From NCBI GenBank assembly GCA_964564865.1, contig CAZMDA010000010.1, positions 10,360 to 74,359 on the forward strand: a stretch of 64,000 bases of DNA, given 5' to 3'. The notes beneath the pieces are model-generated. The model was given only the letters and a program-made list of their open reading frames with translations. It ran no database searches and was not told the origin of the DNA. The translations under genes were made by a program, and so were the position numbers. Below, one piece after another: positions 47,821 through 59,842 of this stretch. The number at the start of each line of letters is the position of its first letter. The first letter of the stretch is position 1. Source of the DNA: an uncultured Bordetella sp. Its GTDB lineage: Bacteria > Pseudomonadota > Gammaproteobacteria > Burkholderiales > SG8-39.

Positions 47821-48183
47821 TCAGGCGCCGGGGTAGTGCAGCAGGGCGAGGGCGACGAGCGCGGGGAAGGCCTGCACCCAGAAGATCCGGCGGCTGACGG
47901 TGGCCGCGCCGAAGACTCCGGCCAGCGCCACGCAAACGAGGAAGAACACCTTGATCGCGAGGCCCGCCGCTCCCAGCGCAAGGCCCCAGGCGAGGCCGGC
48001 GGCGAGAAAGCCGTTGTAGAGGCCCTGGTTGGCGGCGAGGACCCTGGTCTGCGCGGCCTGCTCCGGGGTCATGCGGAAGGTGCGCAGGCCGCGCGGCTTG
48101 TCACAGAGGAACATCTCCAGCACCAGGAAATACAGGTGCGCGAGCGCCACCAGGCCGATGAGGACGTCGGCGAGCGCGCTCAC
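47821..48183 (-). CDS. DUF1304-family membrane protein
   Basis: 120 aa, four hydrophobic helices, with ...AHLYFLVLEMFL...NQGLYNGFLAAGL as in DUF1304. Confidence 0.75.
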   Translation of the reverse strand: MSALADVLIGLVALAHLYFLVLEMFLCDKPRGLRTFRMTPEQAAQTRVLAANQGLYNGFLAAGLAWGLALGAAGLAIKVFFLVCVALAGVFGAATVSRRIFWVQAFPALVALALLHYPGA

Positions 48184-48190
48184 CCGCGGC

Positions 48191-49327
48191 TCAGACGATG
48201 TCCAGGTGCTCGATGCCCTTGGTGAGGTCCTTGTCCTTCGATTCCTTGCCGTGCAGCTTGATGTTGAGCCGCACCTCGTTGGTGGAATCGGCGAACCGGA
48301 GCGCGTCCTCGTAGCTGATGCGGCCGGCCTCGTGCAGGTCGAACAGCGCCTGGTCGAAGGTCTGCATCCCCAGCTCGCGCGACTTCTTCATGATCTCCTT
48401 GATGCCGTGGATCTCGCCCTTGAAGATCAGGTCCGAGATCAGCGGCGAGTTGAGCAGCACCTCCACCGCCGCGGCGCGGCCCTTGCCCTCGCGCAGCGGG
48501 ATCAGGCGCTGCGAGATCACCGCCTTCAGGTTCAGCGACAGGTCCATCAGCAGCTGGTGGCGCCGCGCTTCCGGGAAGAAGTTGATGATCCGGTCCATGG
48601 CCTGGTTGGAGTTGTTGGCGTGCAGCGTGCCCAGGGCGAGGTGGCCGGTCTCGGCGAAGGCCACGGCGTGCTCCATCACCTCCATCTCGCGGATCTCGCC
48701 GATCAGGATCACGTCCGGGGCCTGGCGCAGGGTGTTCTTCAGCGCCGCCTCCCAGGATTCGGTGTCCACGCCCACCTCGCGCTGCGTGATCAGGCAGTTC
48801 TTGTGCGGGTGCACGTACTCGACCGGGTCCTCGATGGTGATGATGTGGCCGTAGGAGTTCTCGTTGCGGTAGCCGAGCATCGCCGCGAGCGAGGTGGACT
48901 TGCCCGAGCCGGTGCCGCCGACGAACAGCACCAGGCCGCGCTTGGTCATCGCCACGTCCTTCAGCACCGGCGGCAGCTTCAGGTCGTCGAAGTTCGGGAT
49001 CGAGGTGGTGATCACGCGCAGCACCGCGCCGACGCAGCCCATCTGCACGAAGCAGTTGACGCGGAAGCGGCCGATGCCGGCCGGGTTGATGGCGAAGTTG
49101 CACTCCTTGGTGGCCTCGAACTCCGCCGCCTGCTTGTCGTTCATGATCGAGCGCACCAGCATCGCGGTGTGCTGCGCGGTGAGCGCGGTCTGCGACACCG
49201 GGGTCATCTTGCTGTCCACCTTCATCGCCGGCGGGAAGCCGGCGGTGAGGAACAGGTCCGAGCCCTTCTTGGCGAGCAGCGCCCGCAGCAGGTCGTAGAT
49301 GAATTTGGTTGCCTGTTCGCGTTCCAT
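48191..49327 (-). CDS. pilU: type IV pilus retraction ATPase PilU
   Basis: PilT-family ATPase (GGTGSGKST Walker A, TIEDPVE, GEIRE). Lies downstream of pilT. The N-terminus is PilU-like. Confidence 0.9.
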   Translation of the reverse strand: MEREQATKFIYDLLRALLAKKGSDLFLTAGFPPAMKVDSKMTPVSQTALTAQHTAMLVRSIMNDKQAAEFEATKECNFAINPAGIGRFRVNCFVQMGCVGAVLRVITTSIPNFDDLKLPPVLKDVAMTKRGLVLFVGGTGSGKSTSLAAMLGYRNENSYGHIITIEDPVEYVHPHKNCLITQREVGVDTESWEAALKNTLRQAPDVILIGEIREMEVMEHAVAFAETGHLALGTLHANNSNQAMDRIINFFPEARRHQLLMDLSLNLKAVISQRLIPLREGKGRAAAVEVLLNSPLISDLIFKGEIHGIKEIMKKSRELGMQTFDQALFDLHEAGRISYEDALRFADSTNEVRLNIKLHGKESKDKDLTKGIEHLDIV

Positions 49328-49333
49328 GCGGGC

Positions 49334-50380
49334 CTAGCCTCCGACGAAGTTGTCCTTGTTGGCCGCCTTGCTGCGCGCCTCGGCCATCGAGATGATGTTG
49401 CGCTTCACCAGGTCCTGCAGGTTCTGGTCCAGCGTCTGCATGCCCATCTGGGCGCCGGTCTGGATCGCGGAGTACATCTGCGCGATCTTGTTCTCGCGGA
49501 TCAGGTTGCGGATCGCGGGGGTGCCGATCATGATCTCGTGCGCCGCGACCCGCCCCGAGCCGTCCTTGGTCTTGAGCAGGGTCTGCGAGATGATGGCGCG
49601 GATCGACTCCGAGATCATCGCCCGGATCATCTCCTTCTCCGCCGCCGGGAACACGTCCACGATGCGGTCGATGGTCTTGGCCGCCGACGAGGTGTGCAGG
49701 GTGCCGAACACCAGGTGGCCGGTCTCCGCGCCCGAGAGCGCAAGGCGGATGGTCTCCAGGTCGCGCATCTCGCCCACCAGGATCACGTCCGGGTCCTCGC
49801 GCAGGGCGCTGCGCAGGGCGTTGGCGAACGACAGCGTGTGCGGCCCGACCTCGCGCTGGTTGATCAGGCATTTCTTCGACTCGTGCACGAACTCGATCGG
49901 GTCCTCGATGGTGAGGATGTGGCCTTCCTCGGTCTCGTTCTTGTGGTTCACCATCGCCGCCAGGGTGGTCGACTTGCCCGAGCCGGTCGGGCCGGTCACC
50001 AGCACCACGCCGCGCGGCTGGTCGGCGATCGCGGTGAAGGACTTCGGGCACTTCAGGTCCTCCAGCGACAGGATCTTGGAGGGAATGGTCCGCAGCACCG
50101 CGCCGGCGCCGCGGTTCTGCACGAAGGCGTTGACGCGGAAGCGCGCCAGGTTCGGCACCGCGAACGAGAAGTCGCACTCGAGGTTTTCCTCGTAGAACTT
50201 GCGCTGCCCGTCGTTCATGATGTCGTAGATCATCCCGTGCACGTCCTTGTGCTCCATGGCCGGCAGGTTGATGCGCTTGATGTCGCCGTGCACGCGGATC
50301 ATCGGCGGCAGGCCCGAGGACAGGTGCAGGTCGGAGGCCTTGTTCTTGACGACAAACGCAAGCAATTCAGTGAGATCCAT
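49334..50380 (-). CDS. pilT: type IV pilus twitching-motility ATPase PilT
   Basis: MDLTELLAFVVKNKASDLHL..., GPTGSGKSTT, TIEDPIEF, AHEIMIGTPAIRNLIRE. Start at the ATG at 50378-50380. Confidence 0.95.
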   Translation of the reverse strand: MDLTELLAFVVKNKASDLHLSSGLPPMIRVHGDIKRINLPAMEHKDVHGMIYDIMNDGQRKFYEENLECDFSFAVPNLARFRVNAFVQNRGAGAVLRTIPSKILSLEDLKCPKSFTAIADQPRGVVLVTGPTGSGKSTTLAAMVNHKNETEEGHILTIEDPIEFVHESKKCLINQREVGPHTLSFANALRSALREDPDVILVGEMRDLETIRLALSGAETGHLVFGTLHTSSAAKTIDRIVDVFPAAEKEMIRAMISESIRAIISQTLLKTKDGSGRVAAHEIMIGTPAIRNLIRENKIAQMYSAIQTGAQMGMQTLDQNLQDLVKRNIISMAEARSKAANKDNFVGG

Positions 50381-50423
50381 TACAATTCCTCCGGGGCCAA
50401 GTGCATGACGAAGCAGGCAAAGT

Positions 50424-51119
50424 ATGCGGTCAATCCATGACAACTTGCAAGCCGTGAGGGACCGCATCGCGCGCGCCGCGAAGGCGGCCGGGCGCGCGCC
50501 GGAAAGCGTGGCGCTGGTCGCGGTCTCCAAGACCCAGCCCGCCTCCGCGCTCGCCGCGGCGCTCGCCGCCGGGCAGCGCGCTTTCGGCGAGAACTACGTC
50601 CAGGAGGCGGTGGAGAAGATGGACAGCCTGCGCGCGGACGAAGCGGCGCCTCCCCTCGAATGGCACCTGGTGGGTCCGCTGCAGTCGAACAAGACCCGCG
50701 TGGTCGCGGCGCGCTTCGACTGGGTCCACAGCATCGAGTCGGAGAAGGTGGCGCGGCGCCTCTCGGAGGCGCGCCTGGACGCGCAGGCGCCGCTCAATGT
50801 GCTGATCCAGGTCAACGTCTCGGGCGAGGCCAGCAAGAGCGGCGTCGCGCCGGCGGCGGTCCCGGCGCTGGCGGCCGCGGTCGCCGCGCTGCCGCGCCTG
50901 CGATTGCGCGGCCTGATGGCGATCCCCGAGCCCGGCGCCGGCGCGGCGCGCTACCGCGCGCTCAAGGCCCTGTTCGACCAGCTCGCGCCGCTGGGCGCGG
51001 ACACGCTCTCGGTCGGGATGAGCGACGACATGGAGCTTGCGATCGCCGAGGGTTCCACCATGGTGCGCGTGGGCACCGCCGTGTTCGGCGCGCGGCAGAA
51101 GATCCGGCCGGCGGCATGA
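50424..51119 (+). CDS. yggS: YggS-family pyridoxal-phosphate homeostasis protein
   Basis: LVAVSKTQP (PLP Lys), FGENYVQE, HLVGPLQSNK, LSVGMSDD motifs. Confidence 0.9.
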   Translation: MRSIHDNLQAVRDRIARAAKAAGRAPESVALVAVSKTQPASALAAALAAGQRAFGENYVQEAVEKMDSLRADEAAPPLEWHLVGPLQSNKTRVVAARFDWVHSIESEKVARRLSEARLDAQAPLNVLIQVNVSGEASKSGVAPAAVPALAAAVAALPRLRLRGLMAIPEPGAGAARYRALKALFDQLAPLGADTLSVGMSDDMELAIAEGSTMVRVGTAVFGARQKIRPAA

Positions 51120-51931
51120 ACATCACGTTCATCGGCGGCGGCAACATGGCCGACGCGCTGCTGGGCGGGCTCCTCGGCAAGGGGTTCGCCCCGGCCTCGC
51201 TGCGCGTCGTGGAGATCGACGCGGCGGCGCGCGGCCGGCTGGAGTCGAAGTATCCGGGCTTGAAGGCTTTCGCCTCCGCGCGCGAGGCATTGCGCACCGG
51301 CGACATCGTCGTCTTCGCGGTCAAGCCGCAGCAGATGAAGGAGGCGGTGCGCGCGAGCGGCCTGGGGAAGGATGCCAACCTGGTCATCAGCATCGCCGCG
51401 GGAATCACCCTGGCCAGCCTCTCGCGATGGCTGCAGGGGCATCAGCGCCTCGTGCGCGTGATGCCCAACACGCCCTCGCTGATCGGGGAGGGCATCGCCG
51501 GGTTGCTTGCCGCCCCCGGCGCAACGGCGCAGGACATGGAGGCGGCCGAGGCCATCATCGGCGCGGTCGGCAAGAGCGTGCGCGTCGCCACCGAGGCGGA
51601 CATCGATACCGTGACCGCGGTTTCCGCGAGCGGCCCGGCCTACGTGTTCTGGTTCATCGAGCAGCTGGCGAAGTCCGGCGAGGCGCTCGGCCTGCCGGCC
51701 GCGACGGCGAAGATGCTCGCCATCGAGACCGTCCTCGGCGCGGCGAAGCTCGCGGCGCAGAGCGACGAGCCGCCCTCGGTGCTGCGCGAGCGGGTGACCT
51801 CCAAGGGCGGCACGACGGCGGCGGCGCTGAAGGTGTTCGATGAATCCGGGATGGCCGCGAGCTTCCTGAAGGCGGTGGCGGCGGCCAAGCGCCGGGGCGC
51901 CGAGATGGGCGAAGAAATGGGCCGGGACTGA
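51116..51931 (+). CDS. proC: pyrroline-5-carboxylate reductase
   Basis: FIGGGNMA Rossmann motif, VRVMPNTP, SKGGTT. The ATG at 51116 overlaps the yggS stop. Confidence 0.92.
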   Translation: MNITFIGGGNMADALLGGLLGKGFAPASLRVVEIDAAARGRLESKYPGLKAFASAREALRTGDIVVFAVKPQQMKEAVRASGLGKDANLVISIAAGITLASLSRWLQGHQRLVRVMPNTPSLIGEGIAGLLAAPGATAQDMEAAEAIIGAVGKSVRVATEADIDTVTAVSASGPAYVFWFIEQLAKSGEALGLPAATAKMLAIETVLGAAKLAAQSDEPPSVLRERVTSKGGTTAAALKVFDESGMAASFLKAVAAAKRRGAEMGEEMGRD

Positions 51932-52488
51932 TGCTCTCGCAGATGGCCTCCCTGCTGGTGGACGTGGTGGCGGGCTTCTTCGTCTACACGCTGCTCGCGC
52001 GCTTCCACTTCCAGTGGCTGCGGGTGCCGTTCCGCAACCCGGTGGGCGAGTTCATCGTGGCGGTGACCAACTGGATGGTGGTGCCGGCGCGGCGCGTCGT
52101 TCCGTCGCTGGCCGGACTCGACCTCGCCTCGCTCCTGCTCGCGCTCGCGTTCCAGGGCGCCGCGCTCTGGGCGCTGGCGGCGATCGCCGGCGTGCAGCCC
52201 GAGCCGGGGCGCGTGTCCGCGCTGGCCGCGGTGACCCTGCTGCGCTACAGCCTGCACATCCTGGTGTTCGCGATCATCGTGCAGGCGGTGCTGTCGTGGG
52301 TGAATCCCTACAACCCGATGGCGGGCACCTTCAACGCCATCACGCGGCCGTTCCTGGCGCCGATCCGGCGCTTCCTGCCGGTGATGGGCGGCCTGGACCT
52401 CTCGCCGCTGGTGCTGCTGGTGATCCTGCAGCTGCTGTTCATCCCGCTCGATCACCTGCAGGCGGCGGTGCGGGAGATTCCGTTCTGA
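51931..52488 (+). CDS. yggT: YggT-family membrane protein
   Basis: Duplicated YGGT-type hydrophobic repeats. Sits in the conserved position after proC. Confidence 0.85.
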   Translation: MLSQMASLLVDVVAGFFVYTLLARFHFQWLRVPFRNPVGEFIVAVTNWMVVPARRVVPSLAGLDLASLLLALAFQGAALWALAAIAGVQPEPGRVSALAAVTLLRYSLHILVFAIIVQAVLSWVNPYNPMAGTFNAITRPFLAPIRRFLPVMGGLDLSPLVLLVILQLLFIPLDHLQAAVREIPF

Positions 52489-52490
52489 GC

Positions 52491-52516
52491 GGGCAGCCGG
52501 CACGCGCCGGCTGCCC
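52491..52516. terminator. GC-rich hairpin between convergent yggT and aceA
   Basis: GGGCAGCCGG-CACGCG-CCGGCTGCCC, a perfect 10-bp stem, followed by GGTTTCG on the plus strand (weak T tract). Confidence 0.5.
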
Positions 52517-52525
52517 GGTTTCGCG

Positions 52526-53860
<1,335 letters not shown>

Positions 53861-53884
53861 CCGATCTCCGTGGGGGTAAAAAAA

Positions 53885-53898
53885 TTGACCTTGGTCAA
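53885..53898. promoter_or_regulatory. inverted repeat TTGACC-TT-GGTCAA in the aceA 5' region
   Basis: Arms are perfect reverse complements. On the aceA strand the repeat is followed by a T7 run and then the SD. Lies 25-38 nt upstream of the aceA ATG. Function unknown. Confidence 0.25.
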
Positions 53899-54075
53899 GA
53901 TTACGGGGAGGGATGACGCGCAGCAACATGGCCGTTCCATATCTTGAAACGGCACTAAAACAAGGAATTACAGCAAGTTAAGCGCTCTGCATTTCATGAT
54001 GTGGATGAAGATTTCAAAACCGTGCTGCCCCGCCGCATCCTTCGGTCGGACCTTCACAATCCCGGTTTCACAGCC

Positions 54076-55188
54076 TCAGGTCTGCACCAGCTTGCGGTGG
54101 CGATGCACGCTGAGCAGGATGCCGATGCCCATGAACAGCGTCACCAGCGCGGTGCCGCCATAGGAGATGAAGGGCAGGGGCACGCCCACCACCGGCAGGA
54201 TGCCGGAGACCATGCCCATGTTGACGAAGGCGTAGGTGAAGAACATCAGCGTGATCGCCGCGGCAAGCAGGCGCGCGAAGAAGGTGGGCGCGTTGGCCGC
54301 GATCATCAGCCCGCGCGCGATCAGCGCAAGGTAGATCCCGAGCAGCACCAGGTTGCCGATGAGGCCGAACTCCTCCGAATACACCGCGAAGATGAAATCG
54401 GTGTGGCGCTCCGGGATGAACTCCAGGTGGGTCTGCGTGCCGTGCAGCCAGCCCTTGCCCGTGATGCCGCCCGAGCCCACCGCGATGGTGGACTGGATGG
54501 TGTGGTAGCCCGCGCCCAGCGGGTCCTGCGACGGGTCGAGCAGGGTGAGGACCCTGCGGCGCTGGTAGTCGTGCAGCATGCCCCACAGCGGCGCGAGGCT
54601 GGCGAGGCCCAGCAACCCCAGGCCGGCCAGGATCTTCCAGCCGATGCCGGCGAAGAAGATGACGTAGAAGCCGACCGCGCCCACCAGCACCGCGGTGCCG
54701 AGGTCGGGCTGGCGCGCGATCAGGGCGACCGGCACCGCGAGCAGCACCGCGGCGACCGCGAAATCGCGCAACCGCAGCGTGGCCTCGTTGCGATGGAAGT
54801 ACCAGGCGAGCATCAGCGGCAGCGCCAGCTTCATCGCCTCGGAGGGCTGGATGCGCGTCACGCCGACGTGCAGCCAGCGCCGCGCGCCGTTGACGATGTC
54901 GCCGAACAGGGCCACCCCGACCAGCAGCGCGAGGCCGACGAGGTAGGCCGGCACCGCGAAGCGCATCAGCGTCTGGGGCGGGACCTGCGCCAGGACCCAC
55001 ATCGCGCCCAGCGCCACCGCCAGGTTCACCAGCTGCGCGTTGACGCGACCCGGCGTCTCGTTGGTGGCCGAGTACAGCGCCGCCAGCCCGATCGCGACCA
55101 GCAGCGCGGTGATCGCGAGCAGCGGCCCGTCCAGGCCTTCGCCCAGGCGCGCAAGGATGCGGCGCGGGGAGAGCAGGGCGGCGTCCAT
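54076..55188 (-). CDS. rodA: rod-shape-determining SEDS glycosyltransferase RodA
   Basis: SEDS motifs (IQPSEAMK, PERHTDFIF, GILPVVGVPLPFISYGG). The ATG at 55186-55188 overlaps the mrdA stop. Confidence 0.92.
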   Translation of the reverse strand: MDAALLSPRRILARLGEGLDGPLLAITALLVAIGLAALYSATNETPGRVNAQLVNLAVALGAMWVLAQVPPQTLMRFAVPAYLVGLALLVGVALFGDIVNGARRWLHVGVTRIQPSEAMKLALPLMLAWYFHRNEATLRLRDFAVAAVLLAVPVALIARQPDLGTAVLVGAVGFYVIFFAGIGWKILAGLGLLGLASLAPLWGMLHDYQRRRVLTLLDPSQDPLGAGYHTIQSTIAVGSGGITGKGWLHGTQTHLEFIPERHTDFIFAVYSEEFGLIGNLVLLGIYLALIARGLMIAANAPTFFARLLAAAITLMFFTYAFVNMGMVSGILPVVGVPLPFISYGGTALVTLFMGIGILLSVHRHRKLVQT

Positions 55189-57110
55189 CAGTCGCTCTCC
55201 GCCTCGTCCTCGTCGTCCCCGGCTGCGGCGCCGGGCGCGGCCTCCGGGACCTTGCCGAGCAGGTAGTAGTCGAGCACGGTGCGCGCGATCGGCGCCGCGG
55301 CGCGCGCGCCGAAGCCGCCGTTCTCCACGATCACCATCAGCGCGATGCGCGGGCTCTCGAGCGGGGCGAAGACGATGAACAGGGAATGGTCGCGGTGGCG
55401 CTCGGCCACCTTCTTCTCGTCGTACTTCTCGCCCTGCTTCATGCCGATCACCTGCGCGGTGCCGGTCTTGCCGCCGCTGGAGTACTGCGCGTTGCCGAAG
55501 GCGCGCGCGCCGGTGCCCTCGGTGTTGACCCCGGCCATGGCCCGCTTCACGAACTCGATGTTCTCGGGCTTGAGCGCCAGGCGCTGCTGCAGCACCGGCT
55601 CGAGGTGGCGGCGCGCGCCGGTGCGGACATCGTCGATGTGCGACACCAGGCGCGGCCGGTACATGTCGCCGTTGGCCGCCAGCGTCGCCATGGCGAGCGC
55701 GATCTGCATCGGCGTGTAGGCGTTGTAGCCCTGCCCGATGCCGATCGAGATGGTCTCGCCGGCGTACCACTTTTTCTGCTCCGGCTTGGCGAAGCGCCGT
55801 TGCTTCCATTCCGGCGAGGGCAGCACCCCGGCGGCCTCGCCCTCCAGGTCGATGCCGCTCTTCGAGCCGAAGCCGAACTTGCCGATGAAGCCGGCGATGG
55901 CGTCGATGCCCATGTCGTTGGCGAGCTGGTAGTAGAAGGTATCGGAGGACACCACGATGGACTTGTACAGGTCGACGTGGCCGTGGCCGCCGGGCTTGGA
56001 GTCGCGGAAGCGCCGGCCGCCGAACTCGAAGTAGCCCGGGTCGCTGATGGCGCTCCTCGGGGTGCGCTTGCCCAGCTCCAGCGCCGCCATCGCCATGAAC
56101 GGCTTGAAGGTCGAGCCCGGCGGGTAGACGCCGGCGATGGCGCGGTTGTTGAGCGGGCGGTCGGGCGAGTTGTTCAGCTCGGCCCAGCTCTGCGGGTCGA
56201 TGCCGTCGACGAACAGGTTGGGGTCGAAGCCGGGCTTGGAGACGAAGGCGAGCACGCCGCCGGTCGAGGGCTCGATCGCCACCAGCGCGCCGCGGCGCGC
56301 GCCGAAGGCCGTCTCGGCGACCTGCTGCAGCCGGATGTCCAGCGTCAGGGTGACGTTGCTGCCCGCCTGCGCCGGGGTGCGGGCCAGGGTGCGGATGCCG
56401 CGCCCGGCGGCGTCGATCTCCACCTGCTCGAAGCCGGTCGTGCCATGCAGGTCGTGCTGGTAGCTCGCCTCCAGCCCGGCGCGGCCGATGAAGTCGGTGC
56501 CGCGGTAGTTCGCCTCCACCCCCAGCTCGGCGAGCTTCTCCTGGTCCTTCTGGTTGATGCGGCCGATGTAGCCGATGACGTGCGAGGCGAGCTCGCCGTG
56601 CGGGTACTGGCGGAACAGGCGCGCCTTGATCTCGACGCCCGGGAAGCGGAAGCGGTTGGCGGCGAAGCGCGCCACTTCCTCGTCCGAGAGCCGCGTCCGG
56701 ATCGGCAGGCTCTCGGCATTGCGCGTCTCCGCGAGCAGCTTGCGGAACCGGGCGCGGTCCTTCGGCTGCACCTCGACGTACTCGGACAGCGCCTGGATGG
56801 TGCCGTCGAGGTCCTTCACCCGGGCCGGGAAGATCTCCAGCGTGTAGGCGGAGTAGTTGCGCGCGAGCACCACGCCGTTGCGGTCGAGGATCAGGCCGCG
56901 GTTGGGCGGCACCGGCACGATCGAGATCCGGTTTTCCTCGGCCTTCGACGCATAGGTGTCGTGCTGCACCACCTGCAGGTAGACGAAGCGCGCCGCGAGC
57001 AGGGCGAACGCGAGCAGCACGGCGAAGCCGGCGAAGCCCACGCGCAGCTGGAAGCTGTGCAGCTCGCGCTCGTGGTCGCGGATCTCCGCGCCCCTCAGGT
57101 CGCCCCTCAC
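55188..57110 (-). CDS. mrdA: penicillin-binding protein 2 (elongasome transpeptidase)
   Basis: N-terminal IRDHERELHSF...anchor helix. STFKP (SxxK), SSD (SxD in place of the SxN box), KTGTAQ motifs. GTG start at 57108-57110. Confidence 0.92.
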   Translation of the reverse strand: MRGDLRGAEIRDHERELHSFQLRVGFAGFAVLLAFALLAARFVYLQVVQHDTYASKAEENRISIVPVPPNRGLILDRNGVVLARNYSAYTLEIFPARVKDLDGTIQALSEYVEVQPKDRARFRKLLAETRNAESLPIRTRLSDEEVARFAANRFRFPGVEIKARLFRQYPHGELASHVIGYIGRINQKDQEKLAELGVEANYRGTDFIGRAGLEASYQHDLHGTTGFEQVEIDAAGRGIRTLARTPAQAGSNVTLTLDIRLQQVAETAFGARRGALVAIEPSTGGVLAFVSKPGFDPNLFVDGIDPQSWAELNNSPDRPLNNRAIAGVYPPGSTFKPFMAMAALELGKRTPRSAISDPGYFEFGGRRFRDSKPGGHGHVDLYKSIVVSSDTFYYQLANDMGIDAIAGFIGKFGFGSKSGIDLEGEAAGVLPSPEWKQRRFAKPEQKKWYAGETISIGIGQGYNAYTPMQIALAMATLAANGDMYRPRLVSHIDDVRTGARRHLEPVLQQRLALKPENIEFVKRAMAGVNTEGTGARAFGNAQYSSGGKTGTAQVIGMKQGEKYDEKKVAERHRDHSLFIVFAPLESPRIALMVIVENGGFGARAAAPIARTVLDYYLLGKVPEAAPGAAAGDDEDEAESD

Positions 57111-57140
57111 AGCGTCCTCGCGGTCGTCATCACAGCGTCC

Positions 57141-57668
57141 TCACAGCGGCCGCGCCGGATCCGGCTCGGCCGGGCGCCGCTGCGGCAGCAGCAGCAGGGC
57201 GCTCACCAGCGGCCACAGCGCGGCCCCCAGGAGCGGGCCGACGGCGATGGACCAGCCCGGGAAATCGGCCCCGGTGGCGAGGCGCACGGCGAGGCCCACG
57301 GCCTGCGCGAACAGCAGGATCGCGGCCACGTGCAGCGACTGCCCCCAGAGCGAGAACCAGAGGATGCGGCGCGACAGCGTGATCGCGGCGAAGGCGAGCA
57401 GCGAGTAGGCGAGCGCGTGCTGGCCCAGCAGCACGCCGTTGCCGACGTCGGTGGCGAGGCCGAGGCACCAGGCCGCGCCCAGGCCCACCAGGCGCGGCTG
57501 CCGGACGCACCAGAAGGCGAGCACCAGCGCGACGAAATCCGGCACCAGCGCGATGTTCCCCCAGGGCAGGAAGTTGAGCAGCAGCGCCACGGCAAGCGAA
57601 CCCACGATGGTGCCTGCGCGCACCGGCAGCAGGATGCGCTGCTCCGCGGGCATGTCACCGAGCTGCAT
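57141..57668 (-). CDS. mreD: rod shape-determining protein MreD
   Basis: 175-aa polytopic membrane protein between mreC and mrdA. Confidence 0.85.
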   Translation of the reverse strand: MQLGDMPAEQRILLPVRAGTIVGSLAVALLLNFLPWGNIALVPDFVALVLAFWCVRQPRLVGLGAAWCLGLATDVGNGVLLGQHALAYSLLAFAAITLSRRILWFSLWGQSLHVAAILLFAQAVGLAVRLATGADFPGWSIAVGPLLGAALWPLVSALLLLPQRRPAEPDPARPL

Positions 57669-58593
57669 CGGGATCCCTTGCGCCGTCCTTGCGACGGGGC
57701 TTGCGCTTGCCGGGGCGCTTCTCGGCGTCCGCGGCGGCGTCCTCCGGATAGGCCGGCAGCTTCGCGTCCTGCGAGAGCACCAGCACGAAGCGCCCGGCGT
57801 CCACGCCCGCGGCCGGCTGGCAGGTGATGCGCGCGAAGGCGTACGCGGCGTCGCGCTCGACCTTCGCCACGCTGGCCACCGGCAGCCCGGGCGGGTAGGT
57901 GCCGTCGATGCCGGAGGTCACCAGGCGGTCGCCGGCCTGGATCTCGGCGTTGGCGGCCATGAAGCGCAGCTCCAGCATGCCGCTCGCGCCGCCGCCGAAG
58001 GCCACCGCGCGCAGGCCGTTCCTCAGCACCTGCACCGGGATCGCCTGGTCCTTGTCGGTGACCAGCGTCACCTCGGCGACCAGGGCATGCACGCGCGTCA
58101 CCTGCCCGAGCACGCCGGCCCCGTCCACCACCGGGGATCCCAGCGCGAGGCCGTGCTGCGCGCCGCGGTCGATCACCACCTTGCGCGCGTACGGGTCGCG
58201 CCCGTTGTAGAGGATCTCCGCCGGGGTGGACTGCACCGGCAGGCGCTCGGCGGCGCCCACCAGGCGCCGCAGCTGAGCCGCCTCGGCGCGCGCCGCCTCC
58301 TCGCGCTGCGCCGACTGCGAGGCGTCCAGCAGCCGCGCACGCAGCGCCGCGTTCTCCTCCTGCAGGCGCGACTGGCTGCCGAAGTACGCCGCGACGCGCT
58401 CGGCGAGCAGCGCCGGCGCGGTCGCGGCCACCTGCAGCGGGTAGACCGCCAGGGCGAGGACGCTCCTCAGGCCCTCGGCGTAGCGGAAGCGCGCGTCCAG
58501 CACCAGCAGGGCGAAGGACAGCGAGGCGAAGAACGCGAGGCGGACGAGGGGAGCCGGGCCGCGCTTGAAGAACGGTGGCGGCGAGTGCTCCAT
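57655..58593 (-). CDS. mreC: rod shape-determining protein MreC
   Basis: N-terminal anchor, coiled coil (LQEENAALRARL), beta-barrel domains (VVDGAGVLGQVTRV...; LVTSGIDGTYPPGLPVA). Confidence 0.9.
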   Translation of the reverse strand: MEHSPPPFFKRGPAPLVRLAFFASLSFALLVLDARFRYAEGLRSVLALAVYPLQVAATAPALLAERVAAYFGSQSRLQEENAALRARLLDASQSAQREEAARAEAAQLRRLVGAAERLPVQSTPAEILYNGRDPYARKVVIDRGAQHGLALGSPVVDGAGVLGQVTRVHALVAEVTLVTDKDQAIPVQVLRNGLRAVAFGGGASGMLELRFMAANAEIQAGDRLVTSGIDGTYPPGLPVASVAKVERDAAYAFARITCQPAAGVDAGRFVLVLSQDAKLPAYPEDAAADAEKRPGKRKPRRKDGARDPDAAR

Positions 58594-58622
58594 CTCACGC
58601 CATCACGGGGTCATGCGGCGGA

Positions 58623-59708
<1,086 letters not shown>

Positions 59709-59842
59709 CTAAGGCTGCGTCGCGGCACCCGAATCGTCCCCCCGATCCGGCTGGGTCCCCTGCCGGCTATGATACCCTAACGGCGCCAGCGGGATGCCTC
59801 ATTCCCGAGGGAAATCCGACCCGACGCGCCGCCCCGCCACCC

